A program made the translations under genes and the position numbers. Positions 29,241-39,832 of a stretch of DNA of 64,000 nt are shown here, in pieces. Each line of letters begins with the position of its first letter. Positions within the stretch are counted from its first letter, which is position 1. The notes under the pieces were generated by a model. The model saw nothing but the letters and a program-made list of their open reading frames with translations, made no database searches and was not told the DNA's origin. Source of the DNA: a virus; the IMG/VR virus record IMGVR_UViG_3300018080_000131, positions 37,075 through 101,074 of that record; one strand, given 5' to 3'.

Positions 29241-29668
29241 GAAAAATTAATTTATCTTGGAATATAAAGTATGCTATTTTTTGTATTGTTAGTTTAGCTG
29301 TTATTACAGGATTTGTTTTAGGTGTATTAGATGATACCTCTACTTCTGATAAAGTAGTTACTGTAAGCTCAGTAGATTCTGTTAAACCTGCTGAAGAAGA
29401 AATGGTAGATATTTCATATGAAGATATGAGAGTTTATGTGTTTCCAAATAATGAAATGTTGATAATAAAGAATCCTATGTTTTTGAAATATGCTTCTGAT
29501 GGTGGTCATTTAATTATAACTATTGATGAGAATAAGGTGGTGAAGGCTACAAGAATTAGTAAGGATTGGTATTTCTTTACAATTTATTGTAAGGCTGAAA
29601 ATATTATACCAAATTTTAAAGATAAAGAAGATTTAAAAAAGAAAGGAAATGGTTTTGGAGGATATTAA
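29237..29668 (+). CDS. membrane-anchored DIS.E..R.Y.F family protein (paralog A)
   Basis: TM helix plus domain similar to the 29670 and 36652 products. Confidence 0.6.
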   Translation: MRKINLSWNIKYAIFCIVSLAVITGFVLGVLDDTSTSDKVVTVSSVDSVKPAEEEMVDISYEDMRVYVFPNNEMLIIKNPMFLKYASDGGHLIITIDENKVVKATRISKDWYFFTIYCKAENIIPNFKDKEDLKKKGNGFGGY

Positions 29669-29669
29669 A

Positions 29670-29915
29670 ATGAGGTACACAGATAATCAAAATTTAAAAT
29701 TTAGTGATATTTCTTTGGAGCTTTGGAGAGAATATGATTTTCTTGATAATGGTAAAATTGTTACTATTAAAATTGAGAATCCTTTAGTTTTAAATGTTAG
29801 TGCTTCTGGTGGTCATAGGATTATTGATTCTAAAGGTATTGCTCATTATATTCCTTATAAGTGGATTGCACTTAGATGGGAAAATGAAGAAGATGCTCCA
29901 AGGATGCAATTTTAA
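29670..29915 (+). CDS. DIS.E..R.Y.F family protein (paralog B)
   Basis: GGAGG RBS; DISLELWREYDF..NP..SASGGHRIID..HYIP.KW. Confidence 0.6.
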   Translation: MRYTDNQNLKFSDISLELWREYDFLDNGKIVTIKIENPLVLNVSASGGHRIIDSKGIAHYIPYKWIALRWENEEDAPRMQF

Positions 29916-29929
29916 GAGAGGTAAAATAA

Positions 29930-30304
29930 ATGAAGAAAAAAATTAAAAGAGTTTATGTTGCTGGTCTTTTAACTCCAAGAGGAATTAAGAGTACTAATCC
30001 AGCTATTGAATATTTAATCAATATTTCTGATTTGGTAGATGCTAGTCTTGATTTAATTGAAGCTGGGTATACTCCATTTTGTCCAGCTTTGGATTTTCTT
30101 TATTTCATTAAGATGAAAAAGAGAATTACAGAACCTATGATTAAGAGGTTGAGTAAAGATTGGTTAGAGGTATCAGATGCAATTCTTCTTACTCATCAAT
30201 GGCAAAAATCACCAGGAACTTTGGCTGAACTTGAATATGCAAAAAAGAATTATATTCCATCATTTGAGAGTATTGAAGAATTAAAAAAATATGATGGGGA
30301 ATAA
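29930..30304 (+). CDS. DUF4406/DUF1937-like (deoxyribosyltransferase-fold) protein
   Basis: VYVAG, PFCP, DAI..WQKSPGT..E..YA. Confidence 0.7.
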   Translation: MKKKIKRVYVAGLLTPRGIKSTNPAIEYLINISDLVDASLDLIEAGYTPFCPALDFLYFIKMKKRITEPMIKRLSKDWLEVSDAILLTHQWQKSPGTLAELEYAKKNYIPSFESIEELKKYDGE

Positions 30305-30559
30305 GAAAATTTTAGAAAAACTTGATAAGATAGAATTTGCTTTTAAAACAAGAGAAAGAGAGAGATGGTCTAAATCTGAAAGGGATGAGGTTTTAAAAAG
30401 AGGTGAAGAACCAGCAGATTTTTATCAGATATGGTCTAAGTTAATAAAGCTTTGGGCTATTAAATATTGGATTAAGAAATATAATTATCTTCCTCTGTCC
30501 TATAAAAGACAGATTGAGGAATGGGAAGAGGAATTGAATAATTACTTATAGAGGTTAGA

Positions 30560-32149
30560 ATGGAAAAAGAGAAGAATAAGGGCTTTGTGTCTAAAGTTAG
30601 GAGTGGTCTAGCTAGGTTTGTATTTGGAGATGAGTTTATTGCAAAACAAACTACAGAATATATTCCTGACAAGGGGAGAACTCCAAACTTTTTTAAAAGC
30701 TTTTATAATCAATATATTGATGCAATAGAAAAGGCTAGAAAAAGGCATGATAAATATGACAGGTATAAATTTCTTGATGACAATTTAGCTGAAGCTTCAG
30801 CTTCATTAAATATTTATGCTGATAATATTGTTAGTGGAGCTATGGGTGGAAGAGAAAATTATATGGTTTTGCTTGATGAGGCTACTCCTAATAAAAGTGA
30901 GATTGAGGAAGTTATAAAATATAATGAACAGATGAGTAATATTAAAAATTCAATTTGGGATATTGCTAGGAAGATGTTGAATTATGGGGATGATTGGAGA
31001 GAAGTTGTTATTGCTCAAAATGATAAAGGATTGAAATATATTGATAAATTAAAACCTTTACCAGTAAAAGAAATGTATGCTGAAGTGGATGATAGGGGTG
31101 TTTGGAAAGACCCATTATATCCATATACTCAAAAAAAGGATGAAAGAGATGATGGTGTTAAATTTGATTGGTGGAGAATACTTCATTTCAAAGTTGGAGA
31201 AGAGGTTTATGGTGATGATTATTCTTTGTTTGCTAATGCTTCTCAGAGAATAGGAAGACAATTGTTGTGGATAGATGATTGTATGGTTATTGCTAGGATG
31301 AGTAGAGCTTGGATGAGGTATGCTTATTTGGTTGATACAGAAGGTTTGAATCCTGAAGAAAGATGGGAATATGCTCAGAGATTTTTAGAGATGATGAAAA
31401 GAACTGAAGAGGCTGAAGAAAGTACTGGAAGGTTGAATCAATATGATGCTCCAAGGATGCCTGATGAGGATATTGTTATTCCTGTTACAAAGGATTCAAG
31501 ACAGGATATTAAACCTTTGAGTGGTGATTTGAATATAGGTAATATTGATGATGTTAGATACTTCCAAGGTAAGTTCCTTATGGCTTTGAATATTCCTAAA
31601 GCTTATATGGCTATTGAAGAAGGTGTAAGGTCAAAGGCTACATTACAACAAATAGATGTTCAGTTTGCAAGACAGGTAAGAAGGAAGCAAGATGCTCTTA
31701 TTCCTGGTCTTAAAAAACTTTATAAGTTGATATTTACTTTGGCTGGTATTGATTATACTTCATTTAATTGGGATATTGTTTTCCCAGAATTGGCTACTAT
31801 TGATGAATTAACAAGATGGGAAATGATGAAAATAAAAGCTGAGGTTGCTAAAATTTTAGCTGTTGATGTTGGAGCTATTAATAATGAATATATTTATTAT
31901 GAGATTTTGGAGATGACAGAAGAAGAGGTTAATAAATACAGGTTGGTTACTCCTGGTAGAGAGCCTTCTGATTTAGTTAATATTCCACCAGAAGTAGCAG
32001 GTAAGTTGAAGAATGACCCATATGTTAGGCAAATGATTGATGATTTAACTGATATTATTTCTTGGAGAAAAGCACAAACTGACAAGCTTGAAGGAATGAA
32101 GGCTGTTGGTGTTGAAAGAAATAAGAGTTTGAAAGAGATGAGAGATTAG
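30560..32149 (+). CDS. portal protein (T4 gp20-like)
   Basis: L.IYAD, ILHF, RMSRA..R..Y.VD, I..L.G..NIGNIDDV.YF..K...AL.IPKAY, DVQFARQVRR.Q. Confidence 0.85.
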   Translation: MEKEKNKGFVSKVRSGLARFVFGDEFIAKQTTEYIPDKGRTPNFFKSFYNQYIDAIEKARKRHDKYDRYKFLDDNLAEASASLNIYADNIVSGAMGGRENYMVLLDEATPNKSEIEEVIKYNEQMSNIKNSIWDIARKMLNYGDDWREVVIAQNDKGLKYIDKLKPLPVKEMYAEVDDRGVWKDPLYPYTQKKDERDDGVKFDWWRILHFKVGEEVYGDDYSLFANASQRIGRQLLWIDDCMVIARMSRAWMRYAYLVDTEGLNPEERWEYAQRFLEMMKRTEEAEESTGRLNQYDAPRMPDEDIVIPVTKDSRQDIKPLSGDLNIGNIDDVRYFQGKFLMALNIPKAYMAIEEGVRSKATLQQIDVQFARQVRRKQDALIPGLKKLYKLIFTLAGIDYTSFNWDIVFPELATIDELTRWEMMKIKAEVAKILAVDVGAINNEYIYYEILEMTEEEVNKYRLVTPGREPSDLVNIPPEVAGKLKNDPYVRQMIDDLTDIISWRKAQTDKLEGMKAVGVERNKSLKEMRD

Positions 32150-32154
32150 TTTTT

Positions 32155-32227
32155 GCCAGGATAGTATAATGGAGATTATTCCTGTTTTGTAAGCAGAGAG
32201 ATGAGGGTTCAAGTCCTTCTCCTGGCT
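32155..32227 (+). tRNA. tRNA-Thr(UGU), CCA not encoded
   Basis: GCCAGGA/TCCTGGC acceptor, anticodon loop TT-TGT-AA, T-arm GAGGG-TTCAAGT-CCTTC. Confidence 0.85.
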
Positions 32228-32240
32228 TTTAGAGGTAACA

Positions 32241-32654
32241 TTGAGATATTTAACAGATAGAGAAAAGTTTAAGATTGTAAAACAGTTAAGAGAGATGTAC
32301 AAATATGCTGATGATAAATCTAATAAAAAAATAGATTCAAAACTTATTCCTTATTTGAAAAGATTGAATAATGTAGTTGGTGTTGCAACAATTCAAAGTT
32401 GTGTTGGTCATAAAGTTGAAGATGGTTATGAGGATGGTTATTTATGGTTGAGACTGTCAGAGAAGATAAGGAATATTGTTTATGATAAGGTTTATAGTCT
32501 TGTTAACATTGATGGTGTTATAAAGATTTCTATAATCTATCATAGTTCTGGAGAAGAGTTGTTTGAGATTAATTTTCAATCAGTTGAAACAAGTGAAGGA
32601 AGAAAGGCTATTGAAAAGGTTGTAATATTTTTTGAGTTATTAAAATGTTATTAG
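32241..32654 (+). CDS. hypothetical protein (TYW3-like N-terminal motif)
   Basis: ID..L..LN...T.QSC.GH pattern. Confidence 0.45.
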   Translation: MRYLTDREKFKIVKQLREMYKYADDKSNKKIDSKLIPYLKRLNNVVGVATIQSCVGHKVEDGYEDGYLWLRLSEKIRNIVYDKVYSLVNIDGVIKISIIYHSSGEELFEINFQSVETSEGRKAIEKVVIFFELLKCY

Positions 32655-34834
32655 ATGTAGAAGTATTGCTAGAGGCTATTCCTGCTCTTATGGAAGCTGA
32701 AAAGGCTTTAGTGGATAAAGGAAATAGAGATTTGGTTGCTATGGCACAGGCTGATGCTATGTTTGCTATGGGTATGCAGAATCCTGATGTTATGGAAGGT
32801 GGTTTTAAAAAGTTCCATGATATAACAGCAGGATTTGAAGATGATATGATTAATATTGCTTTGAAGTTTAGAGATGGTACAATTAATAATGCTGAAGCTT
32901 TGAGAAGGTTTAAGGCTATGGTTGGTGATAGATACCAGAAGATGTTTTTAGCTGGAACTGAGGCTGTTGGGAATCCTCAGTATTCAAGAGTTGGGTTGAC
33001 TAAGAAAGATATGGCTTTTATTAACAAAGCTAGAAGAGCAGAGATGAAATATTTTAGAAGATTTCTATATGATATTAATGACCCAAAACATCTTCCTTTT
33101 AATAGGATACCTAAAGATGCTATGGGAAGAGCTTTACCAGGATACAGGATACAAAGGCACTCATATGTTAGTAGAGCTAAGTATTATGCTAATAGTGGTA
33201 AAGCACAGTTTTATAATGGCATGGTTGCTGGTGCTGGTAGTCAGATGAATATTAAATGGGTTTTGGGAGTTCCACAAACAGAGCATTGTCCTGTTTGTCC
33301 TATTTATGCTAAGAAAATTTATACTTGGAAAAACTTACCAACAGTTCCTAGAGGTGGTGATACTCCATGTTTGTTTAAATGTTATTGTCATTTAGAGTTT
33401 GTTCCAAAAGCTACAGGAAAAACTTTTGATATTCCTGGTGCTATTGCTCAGGCTGGTCAAGGAACAGTACAAGGATTAACTGCTCCTGGGAGATGGGCTA
33501 GGGCTACTAATTTTGCTGGAGAACCAGTTTCTCCAAATGATGCATTTATGTTAGATTTACTTTATTCTAATATGAATAAAGCAAGACAGATGATAGCTCT
33601 TGGTGTTGATAAAAAATATTGGATTGGTCTTAGAAAAGATTTTAATGCTAGGATTATAGATTATGCTAAAACTAGGGGTTTAAGGGTTACTCCTACTACT
33701 TCTGTTAAAGATTTAGTTGCTACTATTAAAGATGCTAATAAATTTAAAGGTAAGCTTATTGCTTTAAGAGAACCAGAAGAGTATGCTCTTTTATCTCATG
33801 GTGATGAGGTTGTTATGGTTAGGGGTGATTTTTCTAGTGCTGGGGTTATTAAAGTTGCTCCAGATGGTAGAAGATTTTTTATTGATTCAGATGGAAAAGA
33901 GATATTATTAGATTATGGTAAAGATATTTTCTTTGTTGTAAAGAAAAATGAGGTTACTTTTTCTGCATCTGTAGAAGCTGAATCAGCTAAGATTCTTGAA
34001 TGTTTTAATGTTACTAAATGTGAACATCTTTCTGCTATTGATAAAAATGGAAAAGTTTTATTAACTGCTATTAAAGGTACAAGAGGTCAAGTAAAGCTTA
34101 GTAAAGAACAGGCTAAAATAATATTAGATAATGCTGAATGTGTTATTCATAATCATCCTTCATCTAGCTCTTTTTCTTATCCTGATATTGTAACTTCTTC
34201 TGCTTTAAGAGTTAAATATTCAATTGTAGTTAGTAAAGAACATATTTATAAAGCTGTTCCAGATTTAGAAAATCCTAATTGTCCTTGGGGTAAAAGTGAT
34301 TTTACTATTATAAGTTTTAGAAGCAAGTGTGAAGTTTTTGATTCTAAAATTAGACCAAAATACAGAAAAAGAATAGATAAGGAAATAGAGATATATAAAG
34401 AAAAATATTCTAAAGGTGAGATAAATGCTTATGAGCTTGCTAAAATGGAAGATAAAATTACTTTAAAACATACCCATGATTATTCAGAAGAAATGATGAA
34501 ATTTATTGTTGATAATTTTGGTTTCAAATATGAAAAAATTCCTGTTGCTGAATCAGGTTGGAATCTTCCACAGGTGATTGAATCTATTATAAAAGAGCAG
34601 AAAGGAGAACCAGTTACAACATATACTAATCCTTTTACTTTATCTGACCCAATAAAATATAAGAATATTTATTTAAGGCATATGTTTGGTGGTGATAAAG
34701 AATTATATAAATTTTTTGTTAGTCTTTGGAAGAAGGCTAAAGAAGAAAATGCTTTCTTTCCTATTAATATTGCATGGATAAGATTTAGGGAAGTTTATAA
34801 AGAAACAGATGATGGTGAATGGGAGAAGAGATAA
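32645..34834 (+). CDS. MuF-like head morphogenesis protein with JAB/MPN-like and ChaB-like C-terminal domains
   Basis: Follows portal; HCPVC...C.FKC.C MuF-type motif; IHNHPSSSSFS..DI; AW..FREVYK...GEW. Confidence 0.6.
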   Translation: MLLDVEVLLEAIPALMEAEKALVDKGNRDLVAMAQADAMFAMGMQNPDVMEGGFKKFHDITAGFEDDMINIALKFRDGTINNAEALRRFKAMVGDRYQKMFLAGTEAVGNPQYSRVGLTKKDMAFINKARRAEMKYFRRFLYDINDPKHLPFNRIPKDAMGRALPGYRIQRHSYVSRAKYYANSGKAQFYNGMVAGAGSQMNIKWVLGVPQTEHCPVCPIYAKKIYTWKNLPTVPRGGDTPCLFKCYCHLEFVPKATGKTFDIPGAIAQAGQGTVQGLTAPGRWARATNFAGEPVSPNDAFMLDLLYSNMNKARQMIALGVDKKYWIGLRKDFNARIIDYAKTRGLRVTPTTSVKDLVATIKDANKFKGKLIALREPEEYALLSHGDEVVMVRGDFSSAGVIKVAPDGRRFFIDSDGKEILLDYGKDIFFVVKKNEVTFSASVEAESAKILECFNVTKCEHLSAIDKNGKVLLTAIKGTRGQVKLSKEQAKIILDNAECVIHNHPSSSSFSYPDIVTSSALRVKYSIVVSKEHIYKAVPDLENPNCPWGKSDFTIISFRSKCEVFDSKIRPKYRKRIDKEIEIYKEKYSKGEINAYELAKMEDKITLKHTHDYSEEMMKFIVDNFGFKYEKIPVAESGWNLPQVIESIIKEQKGEPVTTYTNPFTLSDPIKYKNIYLRHMFGGDKELYKFFVSLWKKAKEENAFFPINIAWIRFREVYKETDDGEWEKR

Positions 34835-35104
34835 TGCTTTATGATATTTTAGCAGAGGTTGGTAGAAGAGAGCTTGTTTGGGTTGATAATGTTTTAAAGA
34901 AATATGGTTGTTTTCCAAGAGAGATTCATGTTAGCAAAATGTCTTATTTGTTAATGTCTTCTTATTCATTAGTAGGTTTAAATGATTGGTTAGAACCATC
35001 TATTCCTATGATGGTTTTTTGGACTTATGATGCTGATGAAGATGTTTTTATATATGATGAAGAAGGTAATTTATTAGAAAAAATTGATAGAGGTATAATA
35101 TTAA

Positions 35105-35737
35105 ATGAAAAAATTAAAAGTAATGTTTGATGCTGGTCATGGTGGTAAAGACCCAGGAGCAATAGGAGAATATTTTTCTGGTTGGGGTAGAGAGGTTATT
35201 GTTAAAGTAAAAGAGAAGGCTTGTACTTTAAGTATTGCTAAGAAGTGTGTGGATTATATTAATGACCAGGAGTATCCTATTATTCCTTATATGACCAGAG
35301 AAGAAGACAGGTATGTTTATTTATCTGAAAGGTGTTATAAGGCTAATAAAGAAGAAGTTGATATTTTTGTTTCAATTCATCATAATGCTAGACCTATGCA
35401 GGGAAAATATGGGTTTGAGATTGAAACATACCATCATAAAAATTCAGTTATTGGAATGGTTATTGCTGATATTGTACAAAAGAATTTTATTGATTATTTA
35501 CCAAATGAGATTGAGTTACCAGTATTTGATAGAGGAATCAAAACTGCTGGGTTTTATGTTTTAAATCATACAGTTATGCCAGCTATACTTGTGGAGCTTG
35601 GATTTTTATCTGACCCAGAAGAGGCTAGGTTTTTAAATACAGATGTTGGAAGAAGTGTATTAGCAGTTGGTATAATTGAAGGATTAATGAAATATTATAG
35701 TACTTGGGTTGACCCCAGATATTATCATGTTGGTTAA
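35105..35737 (+). CDS. N-acetylmuramoyl-L-alanine amidase (Amidase_3 endolysin)
   Basis: DAGHGGKDPGA, E, SIHHNA, YVL..T.MPAILVELGF. Confidence 0.92.
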   Translation: MKKLKVMFDAGHGGKDPGAIGEYFSGWGREVIVKVKEKACTLSIAKKCVDYINDQEYPIIPYMTREEDRYVYLSERCYKANKEEVDIFVSIHHNARPMQGKYGFEIETYHHKNSVIGMVIADIVQKNFIDYLPNEIELPVFDRGIKTAGFYVLNHTVMPAILVELGFLSDPEEARFLNTDVGRSVLAVGIIEGLMKYYSTWVDPRYYHVG

Positions 35738-35872
35738 TGAGTTTAACAAAAGATGAGAGAGATATTGCAGTTGAGCTTGTTAACTTTAGGAAAAGAGGTA
35801 TTAGATGGTGTCATTTAGAAAAGAAATATGGTTTAGAAAAAAAGGAATTAAAAAGGATAATGTGTATTTACA

Positions 35873-36637
35873 ATGGAGAAAGAAATAATGAAAAGTAAGA
35901 AAGAAAAACTACATTTTCCACCATTAAATTTAAACAAATTAAGAAAAGATGAGATTTTAAAACTGTATAATCATAGGTGTAAACAACATGGAATGAGATA
36001 TACAGAACATCCTGGTTGTATCTATCAAGATGATTTTGATTTACATGCTGGGATAAGAGAGAAGGTTGGTTTTTTGGATATTGAAACTGCAAATTTTCAA
36101 CCACCATTTGGTCATGTTATTTGTTGGTCAATAAAAGAATATGGTGATGGTGGTGAGCTTTTTAATGCTAAGATTAGTACTAAAGATATTCAAAGAGAGG
36201 CTAAAAGTTCTTTAAAATCTCCAGTTCAGATAGACAAAGCAATTTTACAAGAATTTGTAAAAGTTGTAAGAAACTTTGATAGGATTGCTGTTTATTGGGG
36301 TAAGAACAGAAGGTTTGATATTCCTTATTTAAGACATAGATGTTTGAAATTAGGATTGAATTTTCCTACTTATAAGGAGATTATTGTTGTTGATGTTTAT
36401 GATTGGGTTAAGAATTTTTTAAGATTATCAAGTAATAGATTAGGAATTGTTTGTAAAGAGTTTGGATTTCCAGCTAAGGAACATGATATGTTTCCTGCTC
36501 ATTGGGTTAAAGCTAATTCAGGAAACCAGAAGGCTATTGATTATATACAGATACATTGTGATGAAGATGTACTGGCATTAGAACCAGTATATAATTTGCT
36601 TCTTCCTTTTGCTAGGAATTCAAGAACTTCAATATAA
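35873..36637 (+). CDS. DEDD/RNase H-like 3'-5' exonuclease
   Basis: FLDIET, FDIPYL, HCDEDV. Confidence 0.8.
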   Translation: MEKEIMKSKKEKLHFPPLNLNKLRKDEILKLYNHRCKQHGMRYTEHPGCIYQDDFDLHAGIREKVGFLDIETANFQPPFGHVICWSIKEYGDGGELFNAKISTKDIQREAKSSLKSPVQIDKAILQEFVKVVRNFDRIAVYWGKNRRFDIPYLRHRCLKLGLNFPTYKEIIVVDVYDWVKNFLRLSSNRLGIVCKEFGFPAKEHDMFPAHWVKANSGNQKAIDYIQIHCDEDVLALEPVYNLLLPFARNSRTSI

Positions 36638-36651
36638 GAGAGGAGAATAAA

Positions 36652-36879
36652 ATGGGAAAGAAAAAGAAAGATATTTCTAATGAGGTCTATAGGCTTTATA
36701 GATTTGAACAGAATAATGCTGTTGTAAAAAATCCTATATCTCTTGAAATTGAGGATGATGGCACTCATATTATAGAAGATGAAGAAGGTAGGGTTCATAA
36801 AATTAAACCAAATTGGATTCATTTGAGGTATGAGCTTAAAAATGGTCATAAAAAAGAAGTTATTCAAGAGAAAGAATAA
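36652..36879 (+). CDS. DIS.E..R.Y.F family protein (paralog C)
   Basis: DISNEVYRLYRF..NP..H.I.D..G..H.I...W. Confidence 0.6.
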   Translation: MGKKKKDISNEVYRLYRFEQNNAVVKNPISLEIEDDGTHIIEDEEGRVHKIKPNWIHLRYELKNGHKKEVIQEKE

Positions 36880-37091
36880 AAAAATGGGAACTGTTATTGA
36901 GAAATTGATTCATTTTCCAGAGGAAAGAAGGGCTGAGATTAATTGTTACCTTGATGAGTTGGTTAAAGAGAATAAGGTAAATAATATTAATTTTAGTATG
37001 GTTACAACAGGTGGAATTTGGAGAATTTGTGTAGATTTTAAAGAAGAAATAGATGCTTCAGAGTTTTTAAAAAGATTTTGGGGGATGCACT

Positions 37092-37457
37092 ATGAATCTA
37101 AGAAAAAGTAAAGGTAGTAGAGTTATTGAAAAGGTTGTTGAAAAGCCTTGGGGTTTTGAAAGATGGTTTGCTGAAGTTCCAGATGGTTATTTAGGGAAGA
37201 AGCTTATTATTTCTGGTGGTCAAACAACAAGCTACCATCATCATGAAAAGAAGGAAGAAACTCTTTTGGTTGTGAAAGGTGTTTGTCATCTTGAAACTGA
37301 TAGTGGTGTTTTTACTTATGTTGCTGGTGAATCTTTTCATATTTTTCCTTTGGAAAATCATAGAATGTTTTCAAGGGAAGGAGAAGTTGTGCTTATTGAA
37401 GTGTCTACTTATTTTCCAGATGATACTGTAAGAGTCAAGGATTTTTATAACAGATAA
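37092..37457 (+). CDS. cupin (mannose-6-phosphate isomerase type II-like)
   Basis: KPWG.E, S.HHH.KKEET, HR, EVS, D.VR. Confidence 0.8.
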   Translation: MNLRKSKGSRVIEKVVEKPWGFERWFAEVPDGYLGKKLIISGGQTTSYHHHEKKEETLLVVKGVCHLETDSGVFTYVAGESFHIFPLENHRMFSREGEVVLIEVSTYFPDDTVRVKDFYNR

Positions 37458-37525
37458 TAACTTAATTGATTAGGATAGGTTAGGAGGCTTAGTTCTAATG
37501 ACTATAAGCAGAGAGGCTTATAAAA

Positions 37526-38458
37526 ATGGTGAGGAAGTTATTAGGTATTTTTGTATTGGTTTTGTTTTTTGTATCCTGTGGGTATAAACTTGATATTCAA
37601 TTTACTTCAAATACTGTATTAAAAAAGATTGATGAAAATACTATGACAATTGCAGTTTATTATTATATGGGTAATGATGAGTTTAGAAAGAGATTGAATG
37701 AATTGAGTAATATAGATTCTATTAAAATGAGAGGGAGTGTTAAAAATAAACCTTATGCCTTGCAGGTTGTTACTCCAGTATTGGAAGATAATGATAAAGA
37801 TGTTAAAGTACTAGCATATATAGGTTCTGGAACATTGTTAAAAGAGAATTATATTATAAGTGTTAAGCATTTGTTTGACAAAACTGAAAATGTTAGTGAT
37901 ATGAAAATTTGGGTTTTTAATGCAAAACATATAACTCCTATTGAAGCAGAGTTAATTGCTATTAGTGAAGGGAAAGAGTTTTGTGATGATTATGCTGTTA
38001 TAAAGCTAAAAGAAGATTTGGGTTATGATGGTGCTAGGATAATAAGTCCTTCAAGAGTGAAAAGAGGAGATAAAGTTATTTTTGTTGGTTCTCCTGGTGG
38101 TGTTGCATTTCTTACCAGATTTGGATATTTAACTACATTTAAATATTTTTTAAAGAAGAATAATGATAATAATTTAGCACTAGCTTTTTATGATGATTTT
38201 TATTATTGGTGTGTTTATCCAGGTGGTCCAGGTGATTCTGGTGGTTCAATAAGAGATATGGATGGTAATTTGATTTCTGTAATATATTGTGGTGTTACTT
38301 TATATGATGAAGAATATTTATTTGCTAATCCTACTGAAATGCTATGGTGTTTTTTAGAAAAGCATAATTTGGAATGGATTGGAAAGAGGGATTTTCCAGA
38401 AGAAACTGAGGAAACTAAAATAGATAGTAATAAAGATATTGTTTTGCAAAAGAGGTAA
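37526..38458 (+). CDS. trypsin-like serine protease, putative lipoprotein
   Basis: Lipobox VSC; GSG, H (SVKH), DYA, PGDSGG triad motifs. Confidence 0.8.
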   Translation: MVRKLLGIFVLVLFFVSCGYKLDIQFTSNTVLKKIDENTMTIAVYYYMGNDEFRKRLNELSNIDSIKMRGSVKNKPYALQVVTPVLEDNDKDVKVLAYIGSGTLLKENYIISVKHLFDKTENVSDMKIWVFNAKHITPIEAELIAISEGKEFCDDYAVIKLKEDLGYDGARIISPSRVKRGDKVIFVGSPGGVAFLTRFGYLTTFKYFLKKNNDNNLALAFYDDFYYWCVYPGGPGDSGGSIRDMDGNLISVIYCGVTLYDEEYLFANPTEMLWCFLEKHNLEWIGKRDFPEETEETKIDSNKDIVLQKR

Positions 38459-39071
38459 GATAAGTATATGGCAACTGATATTATGGCTGTTTGTATTGGT
38501 TGCTTTTATATTGTTGTTAAGTAGGTGTTCTATGTTTCCAAGTGAGCATTATCCTTTTCCAAATGTTGAAAAAACTTCAATTAATGAGAATTGTAAAACA
38601 TTTAGGAATTGGGGTGTTTCTGATAGTGAGTTTATGGAGTATGTTCATAAAGAAGTTGAAGGTACTGGTTATATAAAAATTAGTACAAGGAGAGGAAGAT
38701 TGCTTGTTGGTGGAGATGTTATTATGACAGCTATTGTCTATTATGAGAAAGAAAATAAATAAAATTTTTGAAGGAACATTTATTCTAAAAGTTGTGGTAT
38801 TTAGTATTGTTATTTCAATAGCTTTGGAATATTTGGATTCTTTCTTTATTGTGGTTTTGTCAGTATTTTTGGGATTTCTATTAGGAAGAGATTTTGAGAA
38901 GAGGTAAGAAGTTATTATGTCAAAAAAGAAAAAGAATTATGATGAAAAATATGAACCTTATATAAAGAGTAGGAGTATGTTTCATAAACCTACAAGAGTT
39001 CATAAAAAAAAGAAAGAATATAATAGGAAAGATAAAAGTTGGAAAAATTTAGATAATTGGTGATATAGATT

Positions 39072-39131
39072 GAGGAATGGGATTAAGAAAGGCTTATCAG
39101 AAATGATTATCATGACTTTATCTCATTCCTC
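39072..39131 (+). other. intergenic stem-loop with TATCAGAAATGATTA core, copy A
   Basis: 16 bp outer stem; core shared with 43657-43671. Confidence 0.55.
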
Positions 39132-39151
39132 TTACAAATATGGAGAGTTAA

Positions 39152-39832
39152 ATGGAAAAAATTAATGTAATTTTAGTTGTACTTTTGGTAATAGCTATAC
39201 TTGGTGTTGGCTATATGTGGGGTGTTAATAAAGCAAATAAAAAACAAGTACAGGCTATTGAAAGAGTTTATCAAGAGAAAATTGATAATTTACAAAATCA
39301 ATTAATTGAGAAAGATAAAGAGCTTCTTGATTTAGAAACTGAAATAGCTGAATTTGAAGAAGATTTACAAATATTGAGAGATGATTTAATTAATATTAGG
39401 AAAGATAATGAGAAAATGAAAGAGAAACTTAAAGAAGCTCCACCAGAGGCTTTGGTTTCTGAGGCTAGAAGAATTGTTGATACTGAAGAGATTTGGCAAT
39501 CAGGTGAGGATATTAAATTTTCTCTTTCTGCATTTAGGGATAATACTATTATTTTAGCTGAATGGGAAAACTTCAAAATTAGATTTATTCCTAATCTTCA
39601 GGAAACTATTTCTGTTCAGAAAGATACTATTAGTGCTTTAAATGCTAAAGATTTGATTTGGAAAGAAAAAGAAAAGCTTTGGGAGAGTCAGAGAGAATCA
39701 CTTGAGAGAATTAATGATGAATGGAAAGAGTTTGTTATTAAGAGACAGAGAAGAGGGTTTTTTGACACTGTACTAAAAATAGGTGGTGGAGTGTTAGCAG
39801 GTATTGTTGTTGGTAAGGTTGTATTAAAATGA
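39152..39832 (+). CDS. spanin-like membrane-anchored coiled-coil lysis protein
   Basis: N-terminal TM, long coiled coil, C-terminal hydrophobic GG..G segment. Confidence 0.5.
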   Translation: MEKINVILVVLLVIAILGVGYMWGVNKANKKQVQAIERVYQEKIDNLQNQLIEKDKELLDLETEIAEFEEDLQILRDDLINIRKDNEKMKEKLKEAPPEALVSEARRIVDTEEIWQSGEDIKFSLSAFRDNTIILAEWENFKIRFIPNLQETISVQKDTISALNAKDLIWKEKEKLWESQRESLERINDEWKEFVIKRQRRGFFDTVLKIGGGVLAGIVVGKVVLK

